A stretch of DNA of 62,866 nt, filler included, from Vannella sp. (GCA_023345925.1; 6 parts of 6 records of this genome joined end to end with filler, not necessarily neighbours in it); one strand, 5' to 3'; positions 1-12,532 are shown, numbered from the whole stretch's first letter. Notes: generated by a model from the letters alone, not told the origin. Program-made: numbers and translations.

Positions 1-224
1 CCCGATCGAATTTAGAGGCACTTTTCGTCGAAGGGACGTGGTTTAGTGGGCTTGTTTTATTCAACATGGTACGATAAAGAAAAAATAATAATACCGGTCT
101 GAGGCAAGCTTTACCGATCATTATTTTGTAACTTGTAGCTTCATTATTTCGGGGTCAGACTTGGCTGCTTCTTGGTTGGGTGATAAATCGTCTTTATGAG
201 GGCTTGTCGTTGTCAGGAGGGCGA

Positions 225-499
225 TTAGTCTCCGCCGCTGAGCATGCATTCAGCGAAGGACTTGTACTCGACGTTTCCGCGTCCGTCAGAGAACTGCTCA
301 GCTTCTGCAAGGAAATCCTCGACCTGTGGAGTTGATAAGCGTGAGTATGTGTTAATAGGGCTCTTTGATGAGGAAAGCGTACGTCATGCATGGTCTCTCC
401 ATCGTTGGTGACAAGGTCACGGAGCACTTGCATTGAGATGTAGCCTGTCTTCTGCTCATCAAAGTTGAAGAAAGCCTCCTGGAGATCTTCCACCGTCAT
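225..499 (-). CDS. Small two-EF-hand calmodulin-like protein (~71 aa), myosin light chain-like; intron 324-382
   Basis: Spliced translation MTVEDLQEAFFNFDEQKTGYISMQVLRDLVTNDGETMHD/VEDFLAEAEQFSDGRGNVEYKSFAECMLSGGD* resembles a calmodulin C-lobe. The intron runs GTACGC...CACAG. Confidence 0.8.
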
Positions 500-631
500 A
501 GACTATTCCTCCCCATCAGTATCAAGCGCTCCACCCAACAACGACCATCCTTCCACCCACCATGGCCGAAGAACACGAAAAAATGAAATCCCGGCTACCT
601 TTGTGGAAGAATTGTATAATTTACTCATTTT

Positions 632-1333
632 ATGTGGCGCCGTTCTTGTTTGGTGACTTGTCGGCGGTGGGGAAGTCAGGCCAGGTTGTGGGAGGCACCA
701 AAGGTTGGGGAAGGCACCTATTTGGCATTCTCCGAGAAGATGGAGGAGGCTCAGAAGCATGGACATGTGCTTCTGGCGGCGGATATCATCAGGCAGATGA
801 GCCAGAGTGAATCGTTGGAGCCTTCGCGGCAGCTCTATGGTGTCCTTTTACGTACTTCTATAGAGGGAAGATCTCATGAACACATTCAGCAAGCTTGGAA
901 GCTCATGGAAAGCCGTGGATACCTCAGCAACACCGAATATCGCCTCGTGATTGCTCACTACTTCAGGGAAGGTGCAGCAGTTCTGGCTCTTCAGCATTGG
1001 GAGAAGATGAAAGCAGCATCGATACGAACAGATGAAGCCATGTACCGAGTCCTTGTGGATGGTGTCTCCTCCAGCGGGATGCTCCAATCGACAATCCGGT
1101 TGGGAGAGGAAATGCTGCAACTTGGAGAGAACCATGGCATGTGCGTGGCTGAACTAGTATCGTCTTTCATACGCCTTCACCAGTTCAAGCGAGCTATCGA
1201 TCTCCTGAGGTCGCTCCCAGACGATAATGAAGGTCGAAGACTCCGCATCGGGTTATGGAAGAAGATTCGGGCTGCTCCCGCCTTCTCCTTCCACTCTGAG
1301 CAAGTCAAAGAGTGGGAAGACCGCTTTGGCTGA
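632..1333 (+). CDS. Pentatricopeptide-repeat (PPR)-like protein, probably mitochondrial
   Basis: Arg-rich presequence MWRRSCLVTCRRW. Helical ~35-aa repeats ending in PPR-like segments (AWKLMESRG; WEKMKAASIRTDEAMYRVLVDG; EEMLQLG). Confidence 0.65.
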   Translation: MWRRSCLVTCRRWGSQARLWEAPKVGEGTYLAFSEKMEEAQKHGHVLLAADIIRQMSQSESLEPSRQLYGVLLRTSIEGRSHEHIQQAWKLMESRGYLSNTEYRLVIAHYFREGAAVLALQHWEKMKAASIRTDEAMYRVLVDGVSSSGMLQSTIRLGEEMLQLGENHGMCVAELVSSFIRLHQFKRAIDLLRSLPDDNEGRRLRIGLWKKIRAAPAFSFHSEQVKEWEDRFG

Positions 1334-1392
1334 CATAAAGAGCCTTCAGCTTCCTCCTCAACATCATTCTCTCCTCCTTCCCAATAGACGTC

Positions 1393-2154
1393 ATGTCCAG
1401 GCTCTACAATATCGGTGGAAGGCGTCTCCCATCGGTTACTTCGGTGCTCTCCATCGTCAATAAGCCAGGACTGATGTATTGGCAGCGAAACATGGCCCTT
1501 CAGTGCATCAGGGAGAGTCTAATAGCTACTTTCCGCCAAGAACCTTCGGCAACCGCTAGCAACACTGTTCTGGACCCCGAATGGCTTGATCAGTTAACAA
1601 AGAAGGCCAAAAGCTTTCCTCAAGAGCAGCTAACCAAGTCAGCCTCCCTGGGAACGCGAGCGCACGGAGTAATCGAGGATCTTTGCTGTGGGCGGGATGT
1701 CGAGCCCGAGGCAGACCTCATTGCTGTAGCCGAGAGCTTCCTGAGTTGGAAGAAGTCGCAACCTGACCTTCATATCATCGACGTAGAACAGCTCCTCTAC
1801 TCGGAGAAGCATGGCTACGCTGGAACTGCCGATGCGATTGCCATGCGAACGGGAGGATCTCGTCCTGGGATCATCATCCTCGACTGGAAGACCAGCAATG
1901 CACTCCACGCAGACTACGCTATGCAAGCAGCTGCCTACGCCAAGGCTTGGGAAGAGATGAACGGAGAAACCGTGGCGGAAGCGCAAGTGATCCGCTTCGA
2001 CAAGTACCACGCCAAGTACGAAGCAAGGACGGTTCTCTCGATCGAGAATAGCTTTGCCAACTTCCTTCACTGTCTGGCTCTCTACAACGGTCAGAAAGCG
2101 CCCGCTTTTGAGGACGTACCAGGAGTGGACGACCCTTTGCTACCTAAAGAGTAA
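1393..2154 (+). CDS. PD-(D/E)XK exonuclease (MGME1/RecB/phage-exonuclease-like)
   Basis: Motifs LPSVTSVL, GTRAH, E, YAGTADAI, IILDWKTS and QAAAYA; intronless. Confidence 0.8.
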   Translation: MSRLYNIGGRRLPSVTSVLSIVNKPGLMYWQRNMALQCIRESLIATFRQEPSATASNTVLDPEWLDQLTKKAKSFPQEQLTKSASLGTRAHGVIEDLCCGRDVEPEADLIAVAESFLSWKKSQPDLHIIDVEQLLYSEKHGYAGTADAIAMRTGGSRPGIIILDWKTSNALHADYAMQAAAYAKAWEEMNGETVAEAQVIRFDKYHAKYEARTVLSIENSFANFLHCLALYNGQKAPAFEDVPGVDDPLLPKE

Positions 2155-2293
2155 TCCTCCCTTTCCCGCCTCTGTGAGGCTGCAAGCACACACTGTACAT
2201 AAGACCAACCCACATTCATCCACTCTCTCGTGTGCGTCGTGTCCCAGTATCCAGGGACGACCGGATTTGATCATTTCTAAAAGGCTTTTGGGA

Positions 2294-4001
2294 ATGAGCG
2301 CTACTCGCACCCGCTCCACTGGGAGAGAGGTCTCACGGAGTCGTGCAACAGTCCTGGATGAACCAGTATGTAAACGAAGTGTTATCTCACCTGCTGGCGG
2401 CGGTAGAACGTCGTGAGAGGTTCTGAGAGGGCTTTTGCTTACCAAATGTGGCGTTCAGGTGGCCATTCCAATAGAGGGAGCAGATAGCAAAATCGGGAAC
2501 CGATTGAACGTCTTAGATGAGCTCCTCAACACGGAGCGTGACTACGTTGGAGACCTGACCTTCATGGTGAACACGTACCTCATCCCCATTCGACAGAGTA
2601 GGCTACTATGCAGTCCACGACCTCTTCTAACTATTGTGACACCTCTTTAGATAAGCTTTTATCTCCAGAAGCCATCAGCAAGATCTTCTCCAACGTGGAA
2701 AGCATCCGCAACCTTCACGAGGAGATCTACCAGGACCTTGAGGAGAAGATTAGCGACATTAGGCTAGTTTCTTCGATTGAGCATTGCATAAGTGATATCT
2801 TCTCAAAGAACGTGAGCTTTCCCTTCTCGCAGGAGCGCACAGGAGGCTAAGAGGGGCCGCAATGTAGGCGGAGCGCTTGAAGAACTATGTGACCTTCAGC
2901 ACGCGGTATAAGGGTGGCATTATGGAACTACGACTACAACAGGAGAAGTCCCCATCTCTTAAAGAGTTCCTGGAGGTGCGCTTCGCACTTCTTTGGCCGT
3001 TGGGCTCAACTCACTGACGGATGTTGGGACGTGTAGAAGTCACAAGCGGATGATCCTCAGAACCTGAGGCTATCAGACTACCTCATTAAGCCTATTCAGC
3101 GTCTCTGCAAGTATCCGTTGATCTTCCGAGTGGGTGGTTCGCTCGCATTCGGCAATTGACTGACCTTCTACCAGGAGCTCCTCCGATCGACACCTCCTGA
3201 CCACAAGGAGCGCCAATTCATGCAAGATACGATGGATTCTCTTGAGAGCTTAACAAACCACGTGAACGAGTGCAACATGCGCGCAGAGAACGAGGCTCAA
3301 CTGGAACAACTCAGTAGCTCGCTGGTGGGCCTGGAGTTCGTGAGTTCCCTCCTACCTCTCCTGGGAGTATCCTTCTCATGCTGCTGTAGTCTCTGGTAAG
3401 CCCTGACCGGTTGGTGTTCAAGTCAGGAGACACTTGGATTGGGTTGAACAAGGACCGCCTGAAGCGCCGTCGTATGATGGTCTTCAACGATATAGTGATC
3501 ATCGCCAAGCCAAAGAGCAAGAAACAGTTCCAGGTGATGTCCGTGATAGAGTCAAGCAGCCTCCTCTTTTCAGGGACGCCCTCCTCTCCAGTGGCAGTGG
3601 ATGCTGCCGCCCTGGCCATAGCATCTCCGCGAGGGGGTCGACTGTCATTCAAACGCTCCTCTGGAGGAACAGGAAGTGTCCCCAACGTCTTGGGAGACAC
3701 TCCAGAGCTCAACCTGGAAATCATCAATTTGGTGACGAAGGACAAGTTCACCATCCAACTGGTGACGGCTGCAGAGAAGCGTGAATGGGTGGATGCTATC
3801 AACCGTTGCACTTCCAACTCACAGAAACTCACTTTGACTGTGGAGGAGGATCTCAAAGCTGAGAGAGAGGCTCGCAAGAACCTTCAGGAGAAGAATGTGG
3901 TCCTATGGAGGCGTGTCAAGGAGCTTGAGAAGCAACTGGAAGAGGAGCAAACTCTTCGGCGTTCTGCTGAAGAGCGATTGAAGGGCCTTCTCCCCAAATG
4001 A
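2294..4001 (+). CDS. Dbl-family RhoGEF (DH-PH) with C-terminal coiled coil; multi-exon
   Basis: DH motifs ELLNTERDYVGDL, IFSNVESI and LIKPIQRLCKYPL. PH segment MVFNDIVII...EKREWVDAI. Several short GT-AG introns. Start approximate. Confidence 0.85.
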
Positions 4002-4699
4002 ACCGCCTGACGTCCTACCGTGTAACAATACAGCCGCCTGTACTGCAGTAGCATCCAGAGTTCGGATCCACACAGCTGAACGGACTGAACAAGGTCCAGG
4101 GTAGAGGGAGAGGCGTGCGGGTCGGGAGTTTGGGGATCTTTAGTGCTCGGGGAGACCAAGGAACCGCTTAGCGTGTTGTATGTCTTCGACTGTGATCTCA
4201 ATAGGAGTAGGCTCTGCTTCTAGGGAGGAGCGGCCAAGAGCGAAGCGATAGGCGACATCCAAAAGCTCCTCCGCAAAGACTTGGACGATTTCCCTCGCCT
4301 GTTCGACCCTTCCGCCTCATCAGAGTGAGCTCTCATCATGACTATCATCCTACGCTTCCTTTCGAACGCACTGAGAGGCGCTCTGTTGCCTAACCAGATC
4401 CGCTTTAATGAAAGATCGCGTTCTGCGGCTTGTTGGGAAGTTCCTCTCCGCCATCCACCTTCCCAAGAAGCCAAAATATGAACGGTAACCCGGTACGGCC
4501 TTTCTTGCCATTTTTCAGAGTCCGCTTCGAAGGGACGTCGACATGGCTGATCTTCCCTCTGGATCGTTGCCTCCGCCGCTTATGGTAGGGAGGATGAGAG
4601 ATGAGAGGGTTGGTAACTAATCGGGAGGCGTACGGCCGGTTATAGAAGGAGAAGATTGAGACAATACGGCGGTCGCCCATTCCACGGGCACTTCCGCCT

Positions 4700-7600
4700 G
4701 TGGATCTCTCTCGCATTCCTTCTGGGGACGCGTTGGATCAGATGAAAGAGCTCCCTCGACATAGGTCCAAGCTACGTCCTCTGTCTGCCCGACGAGCAAC
4801 GGTATGGCAGCGGGAAGCGCCTTTGCCACCAGAGAGAGCCATCACAAGACCGGAACGAGCCATGTCATACATTCCACGGCTTCAGTTACCCTCTGATACC
4901 CCTGTAGTGGAGGCAAGTGAGCTTCCTACGTCTGTTTTGGACCGCATAGCGCCTGTCAACTCGCATCCGACCAAGGCCGGTCGCTCGTTTGGTGCTGGAG
5001 CGCGTACCTGCCGCGCCTCTTTCCATTCGGAGCAGATCCTGTCACTTCCTCCGGGTAGACTGAATACGCTCTCTTCAGAAGATGAGCGGAAGAAGAGGAG
5101 GAAGCGAGAACGAGGTCCTCCCATCTATCCTTCCGTGAAGGAAGGTCTCCTCCCTCAAAGTGGGGTGCCAGGGTTCCTACCAACTCTTCCTCGTATCATA
5201 GAAGACTCAGAAACAACAGGATACTCTCTGGTGGTCTATGCAGATACTCACTTTCGTAAAAACCGTCAGGAAAGGCGCAAGTCATTCATTGCCTCTTCAA
5301 AAGGGAAGGATTTGACCCTCCCAGAGATGATCATACATAGCAAAAAGCTTCCTTATCCTCTCCACAGCTGGAAAGTCCGCGATAACGACAAACCCGCTCA
5401 TGAAATGTTCGACTTTATCGTCAGTTTAATGGGAGACACCTCTCCAGCCAAGGAGTCCGGCAGTTTGATTCGGAATCCACGCAAGGGACTGTTACGAAGG
5501 TACCAGTCCTCTTCGAGTAACACCCAGACGGACGATTCTGTGGATAATGAGCAGCTTCAACAGTTCTTGATATTCCTGCTCGACCATCCGGCCCTTCATG
5601 ATGAGTTCTTTGCACAGATTCTCAAGCAAATGACCTCCAATCCCAAAGAAGCTTCGTGAGTGTTCTGGGGGGTTCGAAAAAAGTGACTTACCGGAGTGAA
5701 ATAGTGTTTCTCGTGGCTGGCACTTATTAGGAGCGGTGCTCGCGACTATCAGACCAAACCATGAAGATATGGTTAAGGTACTTGCTTGTTGGCTATTGAA
5801 TCAAAGGGAGTACTGTAAGGAGCCTGCAGTGTTTTGTCTGCAAACATTGCAGCGTTCTCTTGGAAGACAGGAACGGCGAAAGTTACCTTTGTCGATTGCT
5901 GAAATCCAATCTGTGCAGTGTAATGCTTTATTTGTTCTCCGATTCGCCCTGGCAGATGGGACGATGAAGTCCCTTCGGGCTGACTCTTCAACAACACTTC
6001 AAGAAGCAGTTCACACGTTTCTCGATAAGGTCTCCATTCCCTTTGAATTCCACGCTCTATTTAGGCCATTCTATGCCGCTGGGACACGTGCTGGGCAACC
6101 TACTTTCAAAGAGATCACTCAATGCTATGCTGGAGAGGCACTTTATACCATTGAGTCCCAATTGGAGGCTTCTCGGTTGAGCAAAGATCTTTCACCGAGG
6201 AAATTGATTCCCTCAGATGGGGAACGCACCCAACGCATGGTCATTGTAATGCGTCAGATGTATTTTATCAATCGATTACTTCCAATCCAGCGACCAGTCC
6301 TGTACAACAACTTATATCATCAGCTTTACGGCGACTTCCTGAAAGGAACGTTGATTTGTGGACTGGACGATGCCATCAAGCTGAGTTCCATCCATGCTCA
6401 GTTCACAATGAGTGATCAGCGAAAGGAGCAAACGTACGAGCCAGCTGAATTCATTCCAAATAAGCTATGGAAGTTGCTCTCTCCGTCCGAATGGCAGAGC
6501 CAGATTCAAACGCAGCATCTTTTCCACCTGGGCACTAGCAGAGACTCGGCCGCTCGAACATTTGTTCACCATTGCCAAGCGCTATCTTTCTGGGGATCGT
6601 GGATTTGCGAAGCTACCGTCGTCAATTCCATGGATTGGCCAAGTTTGCAGCAAGAAGTGGAGCTGCAATTGCTGGTCAGCGAGGATGGCATCGCCTTGTA
6701 CTCCCTGAACCTCACTCAGATGCTCATCCGGTTTGACTTCCACCTTCTCTTGCAGTGGAAAACCAAATGTGAAGGGACTGAAGGAGAGTATATGGAGATA
6801 TCTATTGCCAACTATGAGCATTCCTTGAGTGTTCGGCCACTGAATCGAAGTTGTTCTCAACTCCAAGAGATGCTACAAGGTTACTGGAGGGTCCTTTTAG
6901 AGCATTCTCCATTTGCAGAAGCTTTAGAGGACCATCGACCTGATGAACCCAATTCAAACAACTGGGATTTACTTCCTTTCCGCAAAGGAGACGTCATTCG
7001 CGTTCTTAGTGTGAATGAGGGTAACGGTTGGGAGTTTGGGGAGTTAAATGGCGTCTTTGGTAACTATCCAATGAAGCTTGTCAATCACACTTTGTTTGCC
7101 TCTCCTGAGCAACTCAGTTCCCGAAACTTGGTCTCTGTTGACACCGGGTAAGTGAAGCATCTACTCTTGAGAGACTCTGACACTCTCACTCAGATGTATA
7201 CTTGTGGGGCCTATTGCAATGCCTCTGCTTGAACGGTACGCAGTTCGCCACTTCCGAAAGAAGAAGCACCAGAACCAGTATGAGATCAAGTTTTCACGCA
7301 TTCTTTTACCGCAAACTGTTCGTCGTCTCTTTCCCCTGTTCTGTTCTGTTCCTAATCATTGAGTCAGGAATCCATGACCGACTCTATTCTTGATCTCAGT
7401 CCCACAGAGAGTGTGATAGCAATGACGAAGATCCACGGCAACATTCAGCGATATTTGTCTTCTTCCAGAGTTAAACCAGTGGTGAGCATGCTAAGTGAGG
7501 CATCTTCTACCCTTCTTCGCAGCGAATTGTATTTGCAAGTGCTTCAGCAAACCTTAAAGCCTGATATGACAGAGACAGAGACAGTGGAGAGTTGGAAACT

Positions 7601-8751
7601 AATGTGTATGCTCGTTTCTGCGTTCTTACCCAAAGAGCCGACTCTTCAAGACATCATTCTGGCTTATCTGAGATACTGCCAAGACACTCTCATGTTCGTT
7701 TCAGCGTCTTATTGGGCCGTTCACTGCCTTTCTCTCTTTGAGCGACGCCAAAAGTGCGGAGAAAGAAGCTACTTGCCATCATTACAAGAACTGGAGGCAA
7801 TCCAAAGCGGAGCAATTTATATCGAAATGTCTGTTGATGTTCCTGGTGCAGGATCTGTCAAAGTGCCTCTGGATTCCTGCATGACTGCTTTAGAAGCCAC
7901 TGAGAAGTGTTTAGAACTACTCAATCTCTCTCCATTTGTGGAGCATTTTGGATTAACTTCTTTGGAGAAAGGTCGGCGACTTGGTGTCCCAATCCTCAGG
8001 CAAACGAACATGACAGACTTTCTCTGCTCTTGTTCGTCTCACCAACGCTTTCATATCTCGTTGGACCTTTGCATGTGGAATCTGAGTTCTTCTCAGTTGT
8101 CCCATTCCAATTTGCTGCAATTTGTTGCTCACTCCATCAGGAAGAAGGTCCTTGACGACGTCTTCTACGTGAGTGAAGAAGTTCTAATGAGATTGGCTTC
8201 TTTATCACAAGCGGCTTTCCAGTTGGTCAATCCAACATCTCACACGCTTTCAGAATATGTTCCAGCTAGGATGTGCAACAGTAAAGTGTTAGAGGGACTG
8301 CTCCACGTGAAAAGTAGCCCAAGTGAGGCCTTGCTAATGTATTCCAATGTCGCTCTATCTGCTGGTTCATTCAATTGGTATTGGACTCCCTGCTCTTGCA
8401 AGTCACCTCAAGCCGAATGCATCGGAGTAAACGAAGACTCTGTTGCGTTGTGGCTCACAGAAGGAAGCAAGCAGTCCCGTTTGATTCACAAATGGGCGTG
8501 GGAAGATATCGACCCGACCAGCTTCTTCCCTGCAAAGGGCACTTCCAGGCCGCCTCCTCTTCCATGCTCTTTGGATCTGTATTCCGCCACATCCAATCAT
8601 CTCCTTGGCAGCGTCCAGTTCCCTTCTCAAGAGGTAAGCTAAGCAAAGCAACGCAAAGTGAATCGTCAGTATCTAACAAAACGTTCAGAGCGTCAAAGAA
8701 TTTCTGTATTGGGCTCATCAATACGTGGCTCTGAAGTTCTCTAAACAATAA
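4700..8751 (+). CDS. MyTH4-FERM-SH3-MyTH4-FERM protein (myosin VII/22-type tail, no motor seen); 5' end uncertain
   Basis: MyTH4 LHDEFFAQILKQMTSNP and LRSELYLQVLQQT; FERM FALADGTMKSLRADSSTT and CQALSFWGS; SH3 AEALEDH...LPFRKGDVIRV...WEFGELNGVFGNYP. The last exon ends TAA at 8749-8751. Confidence 0.8.
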
Positions 8752-8804
8752 TTTGGTATCTTGACTTCAACTCGTAGCAAACCTATTTCACCTACGATTT
8801 GTTG

Positions 8805-8821
8805 TTAGGGTTAGGGTTTAG
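8805..8821 (+). repeat. Short telomere-like motif TTAGGG-TTAGGG-TTTAG upstream of the RCC1 gene
   Basis: Directly visible in sequence. Confidence 0.7.
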
Positions 8822-8901
8822 AGAAGACAAACCTCTGTGAATGAGGTAACCTTGTCCTTTCAAGGACATCATCTGGTCATGGGCTCAGACATCATTTCCT
8901 G

Positions 8902-9945
8902 ATGCCTTTCGGCAATCACACACTCCTCCTGTCTGATGTTGGGGAGCTTTGGGCTTTTGGGAACAATACCCAGGGCCAGCTTGGTCTTGGCCATAGAAGC
9001 CAGCGATTGGTTCCCTCACTGGTCTCCTGGAGTGGGCCCACGCCGATTCAAGTGGATTGGGGAGAGGAGCATTCGATGGTGTTGGATGAGGAAGGCGGCG
9101 TGTGGGAAGCTGGTCGCTCGCGGGCATCTCCGGCCTCTAGCCACTTTACACGAGTTCCAGAGTTACCTGTTATCACTATGATAGCCGCTGGCTGGTTTCA
9201 TAGCGCTGCTGTAGACACCAACGGAGCTCTCTGGGTGTGGACCTCGCTCTCTTCGGACTGGGCTTCTTCTTCCCCTCAACAGACAAAGTGCCTGCCTCCA
9301 CTCATCAAACTAGCGTGCGGATACGGCTTCCTTGTAGCAGAGGACCAGGAAGGAAGCTTGTGGGTTGTGGGCCGCAACTCTGACGGACAACTTGGCGTCG
9401 GACACACTTTGCCACTTCTTCAGCCCACTCTCGTTCATGCTCCAGAGCTCTCTAAAGGCCCTCTGCGGTGCCTCTCAGCGCAAATGGAAGGAATGATCGT
9501 TATTGACTCGGAAGGAGGCCTCTTCTCTGCTGGAAATAACGCTTTCGGTGCACTTGGGCTATCAGCAACATTGCGGTGTGTCCTGTTGTTGCAGAGAGTT
9601 CCTCTTGTCTCTCCTTTGATGGAAGCTTTCACGGGGAGCCGCCATGCTCTGGCCTTGGATGAAGAGGGCGGAGCTTGGAGCTGGGGTAGAGGGGACTTTG
9701 GCCAATTGGGAACCGGAGAGAGCGGCCACCGCGACCAACCAGCTTTCTTGGGAAGTGGATTCTTCAAACTCTTGGCGGGAGGATCTCATTCCTTTGCCTT
9801 TCAAAACGACGGTACAGTGCTGGCTTTTGGGAGTAACGACCACGGGCAACTCGGCATCCTCCCCAACAGAGACCTTTTCCTCCCCACACCCTTTTCTTCC
9901 CTTTCTCTCTTCCCTCCTCTTCCTCCTAAAAGTGCCCGCTTTTGA
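8902..9945 (+). CDS. RCC1/BLIP-II beta-propeller repeat protein, intronless
   Basis: Repeated motifs WAFGNNTQGQLGLG, GRNSDGQLGVG, WSWGRGDFGQLG and AFGSNDHGQLG. Confidence 0.92.
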   Translation: MPFGNHTLLLSDVGELWAFGNNTQGQLGLGHRSQRLVPSLVSWSGPTPIQVDWGEEHSMVLDEEGGVWEAGRSRASPASSHFTRVPELPVITMIAAGWFHSAAVDTNGALWVWTSLSSDWASSSPQQTKCLPPLIKLACGYGFLVAEDQEGSLWVVGRNSDGQLGVGHTLPLLQPTLVHAPELSKGPLRCLSAQMEGMIVIDSEGGLFSAGNNAFGALGLSATLRCVLLLQRVPLVSPLMEAFTGSRHALALDEEGGAWSWGRGDFGQLGTGESGHRDQPAFLGSGFFKLLAGGSHSFAFQNDGTVLAFGSNDHGQLGILPNRDLFLPTPFSSLSLFPPLPPKSARF

Positions 9946-10021
9946 TGCGCTCTCCTTTATTGCCAAATAATCTCCTCTGATTCTCTTCTAATTCATTTGA
10001 TTGGAGGAGAAATCTCATATG

Positions 10022-10047
10022 TAGGGTTTAGGGTTTAAGGTTCAAGG
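10022..10047 (+). repeat. Degenerate telomere-like heptamer array TAGGG-TTTAGGG-TTTAAGG-TTCAAGG upstream of the kinase gene
   Basis: Directly visible in sequence. Confidence 0.65.
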
Positions 10048-10103
10048 AAAGTCAAGTTAACTCCATTCCTCGGTCACTGACCGTTTGCTCATTCTTTGGG
10101 CCG

Positions 10104-12435
10104 ATGGAGAGGAAGGAGAGGAAGGAGAGTGATCCATGCTGGAAGACAGCGAAGACTTCAGATGGGACAGGAGGGACAGGAACGCTGTTCGCCGCTTCGC
10201 GAGTGAGGGCTGAGTCTCTTGCACCTCTTCCAAGTAAAGGGAGCTCTTCGTTTGCTTGTGCGATCTCCCCTTCACTTTGTGGTCCCATAGCTGAGCACTA
10301 CGTGAGCCAGTCTTGTCCTCGCCGAAAGGATACTGACGGAGAGGAAGAAACTGGGAGAGGAGCTGGGTCGGGGAAGCTTTGGGGTCGTTTGGAAGGCTAT
10401 CAACCTTCACACAGGCTCCCTCGTTGCCATCAAGCAGATGAAAGCGGCCCAGAGGGACCATCTACTCGAGGACGCCAAGGTAACGGCTTACAACACTCAC
10501 CAAAGTTACTCTAACATGATCGAGCAGAAGGAAATGGCGCTTCTGACAATGCTCAAGCACTCCAATGTGGTGCAGTATCTCGGTAGCTTTGACATGGAGC
10601 GCAAACTACACCTTGTGCTCGAGTTCGTCGAAGGAGGCTCTCTCCATCACACTCTCTCTCGCTTTGGAGTCTTCCCAGAGCGGCTAGCGCGAGTGTTCAC
10701 CCTTCAGGTCGATACTTTATGACTCAAACTCTCATTATTAACCTTTCAACAGGTCACAACAGGTCTCCAGTACCTTCACAGTAAAGAAGTAGTACATCGA
10801 GACATCAAATGCGCGAACATCCTCGTCGACAAAGAAGGAGTGTGCAAAATAGCCGATTTTGGAACAAGCCTTCTATTAAGCGATGTACAGAAACGTCAAA
10901 CAGCCACGGGAAGTCCATTCTGGAGTGAGTTTGAAGTGACATTGGAGTCACTCGACCAAACCTGATGTTCCTGGCACAGTGGCACCGGAGGCCTTTTTAG
11001 GGGGAACTGCTACTAATGCATTGGATATATGGAGTCTGGGTTGTACTGTCATTGAAATGGTGACTGGGAAGCCTCCGTACTGGGACTTGGGGTCCATGGC
11101 AGCTATGTTTCGGATAACGCAGGGCGGGCATCCTCCTATTCCTACCAACCTCTCCAGCTCCTTAGAGAACTTCCTTCATTGCTGCTTCCAATCAGAACCA
11201 ACGCAAAGGTACACATGCGAACAACTTCTGGCTCACGAGTGGTTAAAGCCCCACAAGATTGGCGCCAGAGCCCGAGCTGCCACGCTTTCTCCGGAAGAAA
11301 CGAAACTAGCATTGCTCTCTCCCAGCGAAAGAAAGCTCAACGATAATGACTTGCAAGTGTACAGAGACTCTTGTCTCCTGGGGCGGAAATATGACGGTTT
11401 AGCCATGGAAGATGCCTTGGATGAACTCATGCATCTACCAGAACCTCCGAATCTCCTCATCCCTTTCTACGAACGAGCAAACATCAATGAGGGAGCGAAC
11501 TTCAACAGCGAGGAAGAACGCTTGCAAAGCGAAAAAGAAAGTTTACTGGAGTTATGTCAAAGCCTTCAGCAGCAGCTCGGAGAAGTTTTAAGCGAGAAGC
11601 AGAAGGCATTGGTGATTGCAAGAAAGTTCTGTGAAAGCTCCCAAGCTGCAAACCTTTCTTCAAAGCAATCCATCGCTCAATTGCAGTCCTACAAAGATCA
11701 CCAACAACGTTATGAAAGAGAAAGTACGGCGTCATTACGGTAGGTTACCTCACAACAGAAAAGGAAGCGCCAACTCACTTGAGGGAAAAAGTTCGGAGAA
11801 CCAACAGCTGCGAACAGCCTTGCAATGGCTTGCTAAGAATAGCCTTTGGTCCTCCGATCAGTTACTATCCTCCCTTTTCAACGGCTCTATATCTGCAGAC
11901 ACCCTTCGGGCTGAAGGAATGGAAGGAAAGCTGTCTTTGCGCATTCTCCAAAAAAGTGAGTTTTGCCTTCCTTCCCGAATGAGCGACACTAAGTGGCTGA
12001 ACAGATGGCAGCAAAGGTAAAAAGGTCAAGGAGGCGTGGGTGATATTGAGTACGAGCTTCCTTTGCTTCTTTGACGACTTCTTGGACGAAAAGCCTTTTT
12101 TTATTCTCTCACTGGAGCGTTGCCGCTTAATGGACGGCCTTCAGGACCGCCAAGACTTGTCTGAAGAGATTAGAAACTTACAGCAGGAAGTAGTCCAAGA
12201 CAACGTCCTCAAGACAGTCGAGAGCTGGATTGGTCAGCCAGAAGCAACGCGCCGGAAAAAGAAGCAAAAAGATGCGCAAGGGCGTTACTGCTTCTACTTG
12301 GAAGATGCTGAAAGCGTTTATCAGCTCTCTTGTAACAAAGTGAATGTACAGCGCATGTGGAAAGAAGCGTGTGCTGACTTTAAACCTTGGTACCAACATA
12401 AGAGCCTCCTCACTGCCCTAGAGGAGCCTTCATGA
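10104..12435 (+). CDS. STE-group Ser/Thr kinase (Cdc15/SepA-like) with coiled coil and C-terminal PH-like domain; multi-exon
   Basis: LGRGSFGVVWKA, VAIKQM, HRDIKCANIL, IADFG, GSPFW/MAPE and DIWSLGCTVIEMVTGKPPY. PH-like KWLNRWQQ...ILSTSFLCFF...MWKEA. Start approximate. Confidence 0.85.
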
Positions 12436-12532
12436 GACTTTCTAACACACCAATACAACTTCTTCCAAGACAAGCCCTTCCATTGGAGCAAACAGAGTGC
12501 CTAAAGGCCACTTTTTTGGCTCCTTGTCTGCG

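Noticed and set aside
1312..1349. Possible intron fusing the PPR protein in frame to the nuclease
   Set aside because: A 29- or 38-nt GT-AG intron would be in frame, but the donor (GTGGGA) is weak and the intron shorter than others here. The nuclease also has its own TCATTC motif at 1364. Only cDNA can fully exclude it.
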